From an uncultured Deferribacteraceae bacterium (GTDB lineage Bacteria > Chrysiogenota > Deferribacteres > Deferribacterales > Mucispirillaceae): 64,000 nt of DNA. The stretch covers positions 24,257 to 88,256 of the forward strand of contig CAMRCY010000003.1 in NCBI GenBank assembly GCA_947041165.1, given 5' to 3'. Made by a program: the position numbers and the translations under genes. Below are positions 20,031 through 29,472 of this stretch, one piece after another; the first letter of the stretch is position 1; each line of letters begins with the position of its first letter. Under the pieces are notes generated by a model, which was not told where the DNA came from, did not search any database, and saw only the letters and a program-made list of their open reading frames with translations.

Positions 20031-20528
20031 TTAATTATAATCTATACTGTAATTCATCATAACTATTTTATTACTAAAATTTTCTACTTTATCTAACTTC
20101 ATATCAATATTCACAGAAATATTCTCAAACAACTTTATCCCACTATTTAAAACTTCTGGAATAATAAATAAATCAACTCTATTAATTAATTTCATATTTA
20201 TGAACTCTTGACAAACCTTAGCTCCACCCATAACCCAAATGTTTTTATATGACCTTAATTTAATCTCATCTAAAAGTTCTGATATGTTACTATAAAATCC
20301 TTCAATATTTTCATCATCATTTTTTGTAGATGATAAAACATAACTCTTTTTACCTTTATAAACCCAATCACCAAAACCTAACACTTGTTTATAAGTTGTG
20401 TTACCTATCACAAGGCAATCAATTTCTTTAATAAAAGTATCGTAATCACAATCAATAGAGTTATACTTTGAAAGCCAATCAACACTACCATTTTTATCAG
20501 CAAGAAACCCATCAAGGCTTACTGCCAT
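20031..20528 (-). CDS. dihydrofolate reductase-like (RibD C-terminal domain family) protein
   Basis: 165 aa; MAVSLDGFLADKNGSVDWL start and GGAKV..F motif of the RibD_C/DHFR-like family. Confidence 0.7.
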   Translation of the reverse strand: MAVSLDGFLADKNGSVDWLSKYNSIDCDYDTFIKEIDCLVIGNTTYKQVLGFGDWVYKGKKSYVLSSTKNDDENIEGFYSNISELLDEIKLRSYKNIWVMGGAKVCQEFINMKLINRVDLFIIPEVLNSGIKLFENISVNIDMKLDKVENFSNKIVMMNYSIDYN

Positions 20529-20579
20529 ATATATAATAAAGTTTATAATCTTCTCTCCACGGCAGACTAAATATGTAAA

Positions 20580-21482
20580 TTATTTGAATTGCAATCTCGT
20601 AGTTATTCCACAAGGCATAAACATTTTGCCCTCTCTAAAAGGAAGAACAGTCTCTTTTATTGTAAGAACCGAGTTGTTGTTAATCTGTTGAGAAAACACA
20701 TCAGACATAATATTGTGTAACGCTGTTGCAGATATTGAGGCTGTGTATGTATTTAAAATAACATACGATTTATTATCTGAAAGCAGTTTACGAACATTTA
20801 CAAGTATATCCCAAAGATCATCTTGTAGTTTCCATACTTCACTATTAATCCCTCTACCAAAAGCTGGTGGATCTAATATAATAGCATCATATCTTTTCTC
20901 TCTTCTAATTTCTCTTTCAACAAACTTCATACAATCGTCAACTATGAAACGCACCTTATCTTCACGCACTTTAGATAGATGGCTATTCTCTTTACACCAG
21001 TTAACAGCACCTTTAGATGCATCAACGTGAACAACACTTGATCCACCAACTGCAGCTGCAATCGATGATCCACCAGTATAACCAAAAAGATTTAAAGTTG
21101 TTTTAACTTGATCTTTTCTATTTTTATCAACAATAAAATCCCAGTTCACAGCCTGCTCAGGAAATAATCCTGTGTGCTTAAAACCAGTAGGTTTAACTTT
21201 AAATTTTAATTGTTTGTAGTTTATAAACCAGTTGTCAGGAATACCGTCAGCATCTAAATATTTCCACTCGCCACCACCTGAAGAACTGCGAAAATATATC
21301 GCATCAGCTTTATCCCATAATTCATGCTCTGATCGTTTCCATATAGCTTGTGGATCAGGTCTGATAAGTATTATATCTTTCCATCTTTCTAGTCGCTCTC
21401 CTGATCCTGCATCAATTAACTCGTAATCTTCCCAACTGTCTGAAATTAATATATCTTCTCTTATGACACCACTCCTAACCAA
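20580..21482 (-). CDS. class I SAM-dependent rRNA methyltransferase (RlmI/RlmK-like, no PUA domain)
   Basis: 300 aa; LFGYTGGSSIAAA SAM-binding motif and ILDPPAFGRG motif IV. Confidence 0.7.
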   Translation of the reverse strand: MVRSGVIREDILISDSWEDYELIDAGSGERLERWKDIILIRPDPQAIWKRSEHELWDKADAIYFRSSSGGGEWKYLDADGIPDNWFINYKQLKFKVKPTGFKHTGLFPEQAVNWDFIVDKNRKDQVKTTLNLFGYTGGSSIAAAVGGSSVVHVDASKGAVNWCKENSHLSKVREDKVRFIVDDCMKFVEREIRREKRYDAIILDPPAFGRGINSEVWKLQDDLWDILVNVRKLLSDNKSYVILNTYTASISATALHNIMSDVFSQQINNNSVLTIKETVLPFREGKMFMPCGITTRLQFK

Positions 21483-21555
21483 AATTCACAATAGATATAT
21501 ATTATACTATATTATAAATAAATGGTATTAATATTTATATCAAAAATAATAGCAG

Positions 21556-22533
21556 TTAAATTACCGCCTTTCCTCTAAAATCATCTATAGACTTAAACGA
21601 CTTACTATTCATATAATCTCTTAACTCATTTGATATATTGATAGCAGCCGATGGATCAGTAAAGTTGGCTGTTCCAACTTGTACAATATCTGCTCCTGCT
21701 AGGATAAACTCTGCGGCATCATTACCTGTCATAATTCCACCCATACCGATGATAGGTATTTTAACAGTACTAAACGCTTCATAAACCATTCGTAGTGCAA
21801 CAGGCTTTATTGCAGGGCCTGACAATCCACCTGTTTTATTTGCAAGCACTGGTTTGAACTTATGAATATCAATCGCCATACCTATCAAGGTGTTAATCAA
21901 TGATACAGAATCAGCACCCTCAACTTCTACAACTTTTAGATACTCTTTTATATCAGTAACATTTGGTGACAATTTAACTATCAACGGTTTGTTGCGAACA
22001 ACTTTACGAACCTTGCTTACAATTTCACTTGTGGCAATAGGTGTTGATGAAAATGATATTCCACCATCTTTAATATTTGGACAAGATATATTCATCTCCA
22101 ACATATCAACGCCATCTGTATCATCTAATATCTCAGCTACTTTAAGATATTCATCAATACTTTTTCCCCAAAAATTAACTATAATATTTGTATCAAAACT
22201 TTTTAATATCGGCAATTTTTCAGCAATAAAAGATTTGACACCAACATTTTGTAAACCGATCGCATTTAATAATCCTGACGCTGTTTCAACTATTCTAGGC
22301 ATAGGATTACCTTCAACTGGTTCAAGCGAGATCCCCTTAATAGATATCCCACCTAATAAATTTAGATCCATAAAACGGATAAACTCTAATCCATATCCAA
22401 AAGTTCCAGATGCTGTAATTATTGGAGTTTTGAATTTTATACCACAAATTATTTTCTCTAATATGTTTATTCCATGGTTATCACTATTATTATTTTTGTT
22501 GTGATCGTTATTATTATTTTGATTATTATTCAT
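21556..22533 (-). CDS. pyrD: dihydroorotate dehydrogenase, class 1B catalytic subunit, with Asn-rich N-terminal extension
   Basis: 325 aa; KTPIITASGTFGYG, NAIGLQNVG motifs; preceded by MNNNQNNNNDHNKNNNSDNHG low-complexity extension. Confidence 0.85.
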   Translation of the reverse strand: MNNNQNNNNDHNKNNNSDNHGINILEKIICGIKFKTPIITASGTFGYGLEFIRFMDLNLLGGISIKGISLEPVEGNPMPRIVETASGLLNAIGLQNVGVKSFIAEKLPILKSFDTNIIVNFWGKSIDEYLKVAEILDDTDGVDMLEMNISCPNIKDGGISFSSTPIATSEIVSKVRKVVRNKPLIVKLSPNVTDIKEYLKVVEVEGADSVSLINTLIGMAIDIHKFKPVLANKTGGLSGPAIKPVALRMVYEAFSTVKIPIIGMGGIMTGNDAAEFILAGADIVQVGTANFTDPSAAINISNELRDYMNSKSFKSIDDFRGKAVI

Positions 22534-23328
22534 CTATACCAACCTTTCAAACGCAATCTTTTTACCATCAAAAATAGGGCCTTCAACACAGCAACGTCTA
22601 TTAACAATCGTTCCATCATTATCTATAGTTGGAATAAGACAACCTAAACAAGCACCTATGCCACAACCCATTTTCGCCTCCATTGAGATTTCAATATCAA
22701 TCTTATCATCAATAGATGAAACAGCTTTAACAACAGCCGACAACATGCCAGTAGGTCCACAAGTATATACATTGTCAAACTTCTCACCACTTGCTAATAA
22801 AGGTTTCGTTACTAAACCTTTAAGTCCTAGCGATCCATCAAATGTTACTATCTCAAGATTATCATAACACGTTGATAAAAGATCTGTTGGTATGATATCG
22901 TTCTTAGTTGCACCACCATAAAATAATGTAACTTTGTTGCCGTTTGCTCTCAATGTTTTTCCTAAAATAATCATCGGAGCTATGCCTGCTCCACCTGCAA
23001 CTAGTGCTACATTTTTATTCTCGCATATTGTAAATTTTGTACCTAATGCACCTACAACATTAAGATCGTCACCCTCTTTCACAGCACCTAATGTTTTAGT
23101 AACTCTGCCTACAACTTGGTATATAAATAAAATTGTGTCGTTATCAAAAATATCTGCAATTGCGAACGCTCTATTGATTAATGGATCAGAATTTGTTTCA
23201 TCATTTATACGAGGCGATACCATAAAAAAATTACCAGCTTCACTGCTTTTTGATAACTCTTTTGACTCTATCACCATATAACCATATTTGTCGTTAATTT
23301 TGATATTTTTAATAACTTTTGCTTTCAT
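22534..23328 (-). CDS. pyrK: dihydroorotate dehydrogenase electron-transfer subunit PyrK
   Basis: 264 aa; FAD/NAD-binding domain plus C-terminal 2Fe-2S Cys cluster CGIGACLGC...RRCCVEGP; directly upstream of pyrD. Confidence 0.85.
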   Translation of the reverse strand: MKAKVIKNIKINDKYGYMVIESKELSKSSEAGNFFMVSPRINDETNSDPLINRAFAIADIFDNDTILFIYQVVGRVTKTLGAVKEGDDLNVVGALGTKFTICENKNVALVAGGAGIAPMIILGKTLRANGNKVTLFYGGATKNDIIPTDLLSTCYDNLEIVTFDGSLGLKGLVTKPLLASGEKFDNVYTCGPTGMLSAVVKAVSSIDDKIDIEISMEAKMGCGIGACLGCLIPTIDNDGTIVNRRCCVEGPIFDGKKIAFERLV

Positions 23329-23385
23329 AATCTCTCTACTAATTATTTATTTAATTTATACATTGAAAATAGTTTAACATAAAAA

Positions 23386-23499
23386 TTTGAAATATATTTA
23401 ATTGATTTATATTCTCTTCATAAGTAGCTTAATATCTAAAATATTTGAAATATATTTAATTGATTTTCATTCTCTTAACCAGTAGCTTAATATCTAAAA
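23386..23499. repeat. ~56-bp tandem duplicate (tttgaaatatatttaattgattt[a/t][t/c]attctctt..agtagcttaatatctaaaa)
   Basis: Two adjacent near-identical copies read directly; upstream of pyrK, downstream of ccoI. Confidence 0.85.
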
Positions 23500-23521
23500 A
23501 ATTTAAACCAATTTAACGAGG

Positions 23522-25954
23522 CTACTTTCTTAATCTTGATGAGTTTAGTATAACCATTAACGATGAAAAACTCATAAACGCAGCACTCATAACAGGATGA
23601 ATATAGCCTGCAACTGCAAGTGGGATCGCAACAAGATTATAAGAGAACGACCATAAAAGATTTTCCTTCATTATAGTTAAACTTTTTTTACATATTTTTT
23701 GAGCTTTATTAATTATAGTAAGATCATTTCTAAGCAATATTGCTGATGCTGACTCCATAGATATATCTGTAGAGTTTCTCATAGATATTCCAACCGATGC
23801 CTTAGTCAATGCAACAGCATCATTTACTCCGTCCCCGATCATACACGTCTTATTGATATCCTTTGATCTATCAATTATGTCAGCTTTATCAAACGGAGAT
23901 ATATCAGATATAATATCAATACTGATATCATTGCTCATTAACATATATTTAGCAGATGAATGATTATCCCCTGTTAATAAAGTAACCTTATTGCCATCAT
24001 CAACCAACCGATCAATAAAAGCTTTAGCTTCACTTCTAATCGTATCAGTTATTGCAAACACAGCAAAAAGTTTATTATCAATCGCCATCAATACAACAGT
24101 TTTACCCGTTGCAATATATGATTCCATTTTGCTTTTAATAACAGAGCTTTCTTCAACTTTGAAATCTTTCATCAACTTATGATTGCCGATTAAATATTTA
24201 ACATTGTCAACGTCAGCCTCAATCCCTTTTCCTGGATATTCGGTAGACTGAATACTGTTATCAACATCAACATACTCATCATCTTTAAATATAAAATTAG
24301 ATATAGATTTTGACGCAGGATGCATAGAGTTATATGTTATTTTTCCGATCGTATCAAACGAGTTCTTATACTCATCCAACATTAGATAATCTATAACTTT
24401 CATCTTGCTTTCAGTAATCGTTCCTGTCTTATCAAGATAGATATCATTCACCATCGCCATGCGTTCAATTGATTGTCCATTCTTAAATATAATACCTAAG
24501 TTCATAAGTTTTGATGTTGAGTTAATAATTGCAAGAGGTGTCGCAAGCCCCATCGCACAAGGACAAGCCACAACTATCACAGATACTGCACGCATTATAT
24601 TAGATGATAATTCACTATCTGAAAAAACCGTCCAACCGATAAATGTTAATATAGAAGTTAGAAGCATGATTGGAACAAAATAAGATATAAATTTGTCAGC
24701 AAAATTTTGAATATCAGCCTTGCTACTTTCTGCATCATCAACAGCTGCTGCAATCTTTGATAAAAAAGTGTCTTCACCTATTCTAATAGCTGTTGCAACT
24801 AATTTTCCAGATAAATTTATACTACCAGAATAGACTTCATCACCTTTACTTTTTGATACTGGTAACGGCTCGCCTGTCAACATTGACTCATTAATATCTG
24901 ATTCACCGTATACAATTTTTCCGTCAAGTGCAACAGATGACCCTTCTTCAACTAGGAACAGATCACCTACTTTCATCTCTTCAATGTTGATTGAAACAAC
25001 ATTCTCTAAGTCTTTAATATCTAAAACTTTTTTAACAGTGAGTGGACGCATATTTAATAGCTTGCTTACAGCATCTCCACCACGTTGTTTAGCTCCAGCT
25101 TCAATAAATCTTCCTAGCAGTATTAATGTTATAATCGTTGCTGCCGTATCAAAATAACTTTCATGACCTGTGAAAATAGCAACCACACTATATAGATATG
25201 CAGTCCCTGCTCCGATTGCAACAAGAGTATCCATCGTCCAGTGCCTATGCCTGGCTGCTTTTATTGAGTTTTTAAAAAATGGATACGCACAGTAGAAAAT
25301 AACTGGAGTAGCTAAAAGAAATGAAACATACTCAAAAAATGATCGTAACTTATCCTCTATTCCTTGAAAATATCCTGTATATAACGCACCAGAATATAAC
25401 ATCAATTGCATAGTTAAAAATACAGCTGTGATAAATCGATAGAAATAATCTTTACGTTCTTTATCAGCTGTCGATAAAATATCTGTTATAGGAAGTGGAC
25501 AGTATCCGAGTGATGTGATAATTGATAACATCTCATCAATAGAAATATCTAAAGGCGAAAAACGGATCTTAGCTTTATGGTTTGAATAATTTATTCTGAT
25601 AGATTTTATACGTCCATCATCAAGTAGCGATCTTTCAATTAACCAGATGCAACTTGCACAACGTATATTGTCGATGACGATAGATAACTCTATATCACCT
25701 TCTGGAAGTTTGGTTATTGATTTGTTGAAAAAATCTGAATTGATTTTGATCTGTTCAAAAGGTTTATAATCAGTCGCTGTACGTTTTACATAAAACGATG
25801 ACAATCCTTTAGATTCTATTAAGTCATATACAGCATTGCAACCGTCACAACAAAAATAAATGCCTCTCTCTTCATCAAAGACCGAGCCACTCACGTTTAT
25901 TAAACTGTTGCAATGTGCACAATATTTATCATTTTGTATCTTCGTCATCATCAT
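23522..25954 (-). CDS. ccoI: copper-translocating P1B-type ATPase, CcoI/FixI type
   Basis: 810 aa; N-terminal CAHCNS...FCCDGCNAVYDL FixI-type motif, CPC transmembrane metal site, DKTGT phosphorylation site, GDGVND; sits in the cco accessory cluster. Confidence 0.8.
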   Translation of the reverse strand: MMMTKIQNDKYCAHCNSLINVSGSVFDEERGIYFCCDGCNAVYDLIESKGLSSFYVKRTATDYKPFEQIKINSDFFNKSITKLPEGDIELSIVIDNIRCASCIWLIERSLLDDGRIKSIRINYSNHKAKIRFSPLDISIDEMLSIITSLGYCPLPITDILSTADKERKDYFYRFITAVFLTMQLMLYSGALYTGYFQGIEDKLRSFFEYVSFLLATPVIFYCAYPFFKNSIKAARHRHWTMDTLVAIGAGTAYLYSVVAIFTGHESYFDTAATIITLILLGRFIEAGAKQRGGDAVSKLLNMRPLTVKKVLDIKDLENVVSINIEEMKVGDLFLVEEGSSVALDGKIVYGESDINESMLTGEPLPVSKSKGDEVYSGSINLSGKLVATAIRIGEDTFLSKIAAAVDDAESSKADIQNFADKFISYFVPIMLLTSILTFIGWTVFSDSELSSNIMRAVSVIVVACPCAMGLATPLAIINSTSKLMNLGIIFKNGQSIERMAMVNDIYLDKTGTITESKMKVIDYLMLDEYKNSFDTIGKITYNSMHPASKSISNFIFKDDEYVDVDNSIQSTEYPGKGIEADVDNVKYLIGNHKLMKDFKVEESSVIKSKMESYIATGKTVVLMAIDNKLFAVFAITDTIRSEAKAFIDRLVDDGNKVTLLTGDNHSSAKYMLMSNDISIDIISDISPFDKADIIDRSKDINKTCMIGDGVNDAVALTKASVGISMRNSTDISMESASAILLRNDLTIINKAQKICKKSLTIMKENLLWSFSYNLVAIPLAVAGYIHPVMSAAFMSFSSLMVILNSSRLRK

Positions 25955-26081
25955 CTAACATTCGATATTTTGGAGCCTCTATATCATCAAACTGCTCTTT
26001 CTTGCTAGAGTAGATAAATATAACATAACCTGTTACACCTACAGCTAATGATAGTAATATAAGAATATATAAGCTAAACAT
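25929..26081 (-). CDS. ccoS: cbb3 oxidase maturation protein CcoS/FixS (50-aa micro-ORF, absent from ORF track)
   Basis: MFSLYILILLSLAVGVTGYVIFIYSSKKEQFDDIEAPKYRMLDDDDEDTK: single TM plus QFDD...R(M/I)L.DD acidic tail typical of CcoS; ATG 7 nt after ccoH stop, 3' end overlaps ccoI start by 26 nt. Confidence 0.6.
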   Translation of the reverse strand: MFSLYILILLSLAVGVTGYVIFIYSSKKEQFDDIEAPKYRMLDDDDEDTK

Positions 26082-26088
26082 AAACCTA

Positions 26089-26505
26089 CTACTTCTCGTG
26101 ATAATATGAAAAAACTACTGGAACACTACGCTCATCATTTAGATATACAACCTCTAAGTTATACCACCCTTTATTTATTGATGATAGCGAATCGTATATA
26201 AATGTGCCATTATCATTCTTAAAAGTGTAAGAATATTTCTTGATAGGTGCTTTTAAAATCACTGCAACTGGGATTTTGTTTTCTGCAAACGACGCTTTCA
26301 GTATCATAGAGTTGTTATCTCTTTCAAACCCATTAAACACAATATCTTTTCTATACTCTTTTTTAAATGCTTGATCGTTATCGTAATTTATACCATCAAC
26401 ATACTTGCTATTTGTTACCACTCCATCATGATGTTTTAAGGCTATCATAAGAGTTATCGCAGTTGTTATCACTCCAAAAGATACTAATAATATCATCGGT
26501 TTCAT
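26089..26505 (-). CDS. FixH/CcoH-like membrane-anchored protein
   Basis: 138 aa, N-terminal TM helix plus periplasmic domain; assigned mainly from position between ccoG and ccoS. Confidence 0.45.
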   Translation of the reverse strand: MKPMILLVSFGVITTAITLMIALKHHDGVVTNSKYVDGINYDNDQAFKKEYRKDIVFNGFERDNNSMILKASFAENKIPVAVILKAPIKKYSYTFKNDNGTFIYDSLSSINKGWYNLEVVYLNDERSVPVVFSYYHEK

Positions 26506-26573
26506 TTATTTAGTTACCCCTGTTTACTTTTTTAATTCTAATACTAATTTAAATCTATTTTCTATACTGTCTA

Positions 26574-27758
26574 TTAATTCAGATCTATCTCTTTTCTATA
26601 TCCAGACTCTGTTTCAATAAATACCTTTATATCTTCATTGTTGTTACTATTAACTGTGATTTTATATTCTTTTTTTATCTTTTCGCCAGCTCTTAAAATA
26701 GTGTTATCGGGAGAGATCTCCACATTAGCATTATCTGTGCTTAAACTTATCATAAGTGCTGAATCTCTTCTATTTTGATAATTTACATCTAAAATATAAG
26801 AACCGTTATCTTTCTCTAATCTTTTAAAATCTGACGTAAAAGACACAGGGATATTAAACCATACTAAATATATCAGATAAATAAAGAATGCAAGAGCTAT
26901 AATACCTGTGATAATTATATTTGGTCTAAATATGTTAAACTTAAAACCTGTTCCCCAATTATATTTCAATATAGATCGTTTACCTTTTTTAGATAACGCT
27001 TTATCGCACGCAATAATACATTTTTCACAGTAGAAACATGCAGCGTTCGGAGTTTCACGAGGATCAATATCCACAGGACAAACTTTAACACAAGCATTAC
27101 AATGAATACAATCTTCATCTCCATCTTTCATCATTCCAATAAACAGAGTGTCATTATCACTCATTACAGATTGGATTTTTGAATATGGACAAATATATTT
27201 ACACCACTTATATCTAAAAAATGCAAAATCAATAAATAAAAAGAACATAACCCCTATAAACATAGGAATTAAAATATGTGAATTTGATCCAGTAAATATC
27301 TTTAAGAAATCATATGGTGATGTAAAGAAGAAAAATAGAATTAAGGTTAATAAAAACGCACCCATAAATGATAGGTAAAATCTAGAAATTTTTTCACCTA
27401 AGAATGAGAGTTTCTTCTCTAACTTCATTATTATATTCAAAAAGATAGATTGTGGACATAAGATAGCACACCATATCTTTCCAAAAATTTGAGTAAACAT
27501 AATTAGAAGAAATATTAGTAAAAACATAAATATCGATGTTATAAAGAAATCGTCCATCTTTATAACTTGATTGAAAAAATAAAACTCAGCTGTAGATATA
27601 TTAAATCTTAACGCTGTATTACCGTTTGAAGTGATAATAAAAAGAGGTAGAACTGCAACCGCAATCAATATAACTGAAATAAGTTGAGTACGAAAAAGTA
27701 TCGGCAATTGCTTAACCTTTACTTTTACCCCATCATTGTTACTGCTATTTTTGTTCAT
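26574..27758 (-). CDS. ccoG: cbb3 oxidase accessory ferredoxin-like protein CcoG/FixG
   Basis: 394 aa; GKIWCAILCPQS and WCKYICPY motifs, two 4Fe-4S ferredoxin CxxCxxCxxxCP motifs (CIHCNACVKVCP; CFYCEKCIIAC), C-terminal periplasmic domain. Confidence 0.8.
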   Translation of the reverse strand: MNKNSSNNDGVKVKVKQLPILFRTQLISVILIAVAVLPLFIITSNGNTALRFNISTAEFYFFNQVIKMDDFFITSIFMFLLIFLLIMFTQIFGKIWCAILCPQSIFLNIIMKLEKKLSFLGEKISRFYLSFMGAFLLTLILFFFFTSPYDFLKIFTGSNSHILIPMFIGVMFFLFIDFAFFRYKWCKYICPYSKIQSVMSDNDTLFIGMMKDGDEDCIHCNACVKVCPVDIDPRETPNAACFYCEKCIIACDKALSKKGKRSILKYNWGTGFKFNIFRPNIIITGIIALAFFIYLIYLVWFNIPVSFTSDFKRLEKDNGSYILDVNYQNRRDSALMISLSTDNANVEISPDNTILRAGEKIKKEYKITVNSNNNEDIKVFIETESGYRKEIDLN

Positions 27759-27900
27759 CGTCTTTCAACATTTCATACTTAGGAGACTCAACAGTCTCTT
27801 TTCTTTTTGAAGAAAAATAGTAATATATAACTATTATCATTGCGATAATTAAAACACTACCTGTTACTAATAAAAATATTTCACTGCCACCAAATGTCAT
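27745..27900 (-). CDS. CcoS/CcoQ-like 51-aa membrane micro-ORF (absent from ORF track)
   Basis: MTFGGSEIFLLVTGSVLIIAMIIVIYYYFSSKRKETVESPKYEMLKDDEQK: single TM plus SKRK..PKYEML.DD tail paralogous to ccoS (PKYRML); AGGTG 8 nt upstream; overlaps ccoG start by 14 nt. Confidence 0.45.
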   Translation of the reverse strand: MTFGGSEIFLLVTGSVLIIAMIIVIYYYFSSKRKETVESPKYEMLKDDEQK

Positions 27901-27992
27901 AATACTGCACCTCATTATATAATATAATATTAAATATTATTGTTCGAATTCAACTAACTTTAAGCAAATTAAGCTAATTTAATTACGCTCAA

Positions 27993-28163
27993 TCAAACTA
28001 ACTTCAATCAAACTAACTTCAATTAAACTAACTTCAATTAAACTAACTTCAACGAAACTAACTTCAATAAACATAACTTCAACTAAACTAAGTTCAACTA
28101 AACTAACTTCAACGAAACTAAGCTCAACAAAACTAGCTAAATCAAAACTAGTTAAATCAAAAC
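27993..28163. repeat. 15-bp tandem repeat x ~11 (caaactaacttcaat and variants)
   Basis: Read directly; period 15, variants aaactaagttcaact / gaaactaagctcaac; intergenic inside the cco cluster. Confidence 0.9.
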
Positions 28164-28223
28164 CTTTTTAAACACCAATTAAATGAATAAAAAGTCTTTT
28201 TTCAATAATATACTAAATAATAA

Positions 28224-28265
28224 GATAAAGACTCTCTTTCTTATACTAATATAAGAAAGAGAGTT
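28224..28265 (-). terminator. hairpin (ctctctttcttata / tataagaaagagag) just downstream of the 65-aa cco ORF
   Basis: 14-bp perfect inverted repeat with 7-nt loop; only a weak T-run follows on the minus strand, so may be an attenuator or processing hairpin rather than a full terminator. Confidence 0.35.
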
Positions 28266-28290
28266 TAATAACAACTAATTAAGTTACTTC

Positions 28291-28488
28291 TTAATTAAGA
28301 TTTAATTTATCTAACGATTCTGTAAGCTCTTTATCTTGAGTCCACCCTGTAAATGCAGGAGTATACGAATAATAATAATACACACCCCAAACAATCAATG
28401 AAAGATAGAAAACAACCCATAATAACGGAAGTTTATGCGCAGTATCCTCTCTCGATAGACTTTCGACATCATCCTCTTCTATAGACAT
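28291..28488 (-). CDS. standalone CcoP N-terminal domain-like protein (FixP_N) / CcoQ-position small subunit
   Basis: 65 aa; HKLPLLWVVFYLSLIVWGVYYYYSYTPAFTGWTQDKEL parallels CcoP N-terminus (NPLPRWW...YLVLYPG...GWTQEK). Confidence 0.5.
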   Translation of the reverse strand: MSIEEDDVESLSREDTAHKLPLLWVVFYLSLIVWGVYYYYSYTPAFTGWTQDKELTESLDKLNLN

Positions 28489-28508
28489 AAATATTACCTC
28501 CAGTAAAG

Positions 28509-29459
28509 TTATTTATTCACACCACTATCAACAGCAGACATCTTTCTGTTAGTCGTAGTAGTTTTTGTTGCTGTTCTGTTCTTATTAGCAAGCTCTTTAG
28601 CGTATAACGCTAACTCCCACATTCTTCTCTTAGTCATAATACCGATGTGACTAGGCATTGTGTAAGGGATACCATTTGCTATACTCACAAATAAGTTACC
28701 ATCGATTATATCAGCAGGAATTACATCAGATAACGGTGCAGCAATATCTGTACCCTCTCCTGCAGTTCCGTGACATCCAGCACAATTATCAACAAATGCT
28801 ACTTTCGTTTCTGGTGAAACTGTAGACATTGGAGCCATTGTGTTTTCATAATCCAAATAATCAACTTTCACATATTGATTATCAGGAATATCTGATCCTA
28901 ATGACTGTAAATAAGCAGTAAGTGCTTCAAGTTCAGTTGAATTAGCAACTTGATCGATATCCTCTTGTGTATACGGATAGCTTAAAGCTTTCATAGATTT
29001 TTCAGCATCTACTGCATCAGCAGGTCTGTCAAGAAATGCGTATGAAGGCATATTTGATTTAGGAAAAAACGTTTGTGGTTTTTTAAGGTGCATAATTTGC
29101 CACTCATCAGAATATCTACCACCAGTTCTAGCTAAATCAGGACCAGTACGTTTAGAACCCCATAGAAATGGACGCTCATAGAACTCTTCGCCTGCTTTTG
29201 TATAATCACCATATCTAACAACATCTGCCGTTAAAGGACGAACCATCTGTGAATGACAGTTAACGCAACCTTCACGTTGATATATATTTCTACCTTCAAG
29301 CTCAATAGCTGTATACTCTTTTGTACTTGCAAGTTTTGGATGCATATCATCTCTTAGCAGAGGCATCGCCATAGTGATTACTGTCCCTACTAGAACAACT
29401 ACCGTCATGGCAATTACTAGAGGAATAATTTTACTATATATACTATTATCTTTACTCAT
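28509..29459 (-). CDS. ccoO: cbb3 oxidase mono-haem subunit CcoO fused to an extra C-terminal c-type cytochrome domain
   Basis: 316 aa; EGRNIYQREGCVNCHSQMVRPL...PFLWGSKRTGPDLARTGGRYSDEWQIMHL (CcoO signature) plus second CxxCH (CAGCHG) near C-terminus. Confidence 0.85.
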   Translation of the reverse strand: MSKDNSIYSKIIPLVIAMTVVVLVGTVITMAMPLLRDDMHPKLASTKEYTAIELEGRNIYQREGCVNCHSQMVRPLTADVVRYGDYTKAGEEFYERPFLWGSKRTGPDLARTGGRYSDEWQIMHLKKPQTFFPKSNMPSYAFLDRPADAVDAEKSMKALSYPYTQEDIDQVANSTELEALTAYLQSLGSDIPDNQYVKVDYLDYENTMAPMSTVSPETKVAFVDNCAGCHGTAGEGTDIAAPLSDVIPADIIDGNLFVSIANGIPYTMPSHIGIMTKRRMWELALYAKELANKNRTATKTTTTNRKMSAVDSGVNK

Positions 29460-29472
29460 TTTATCCCCCTCT

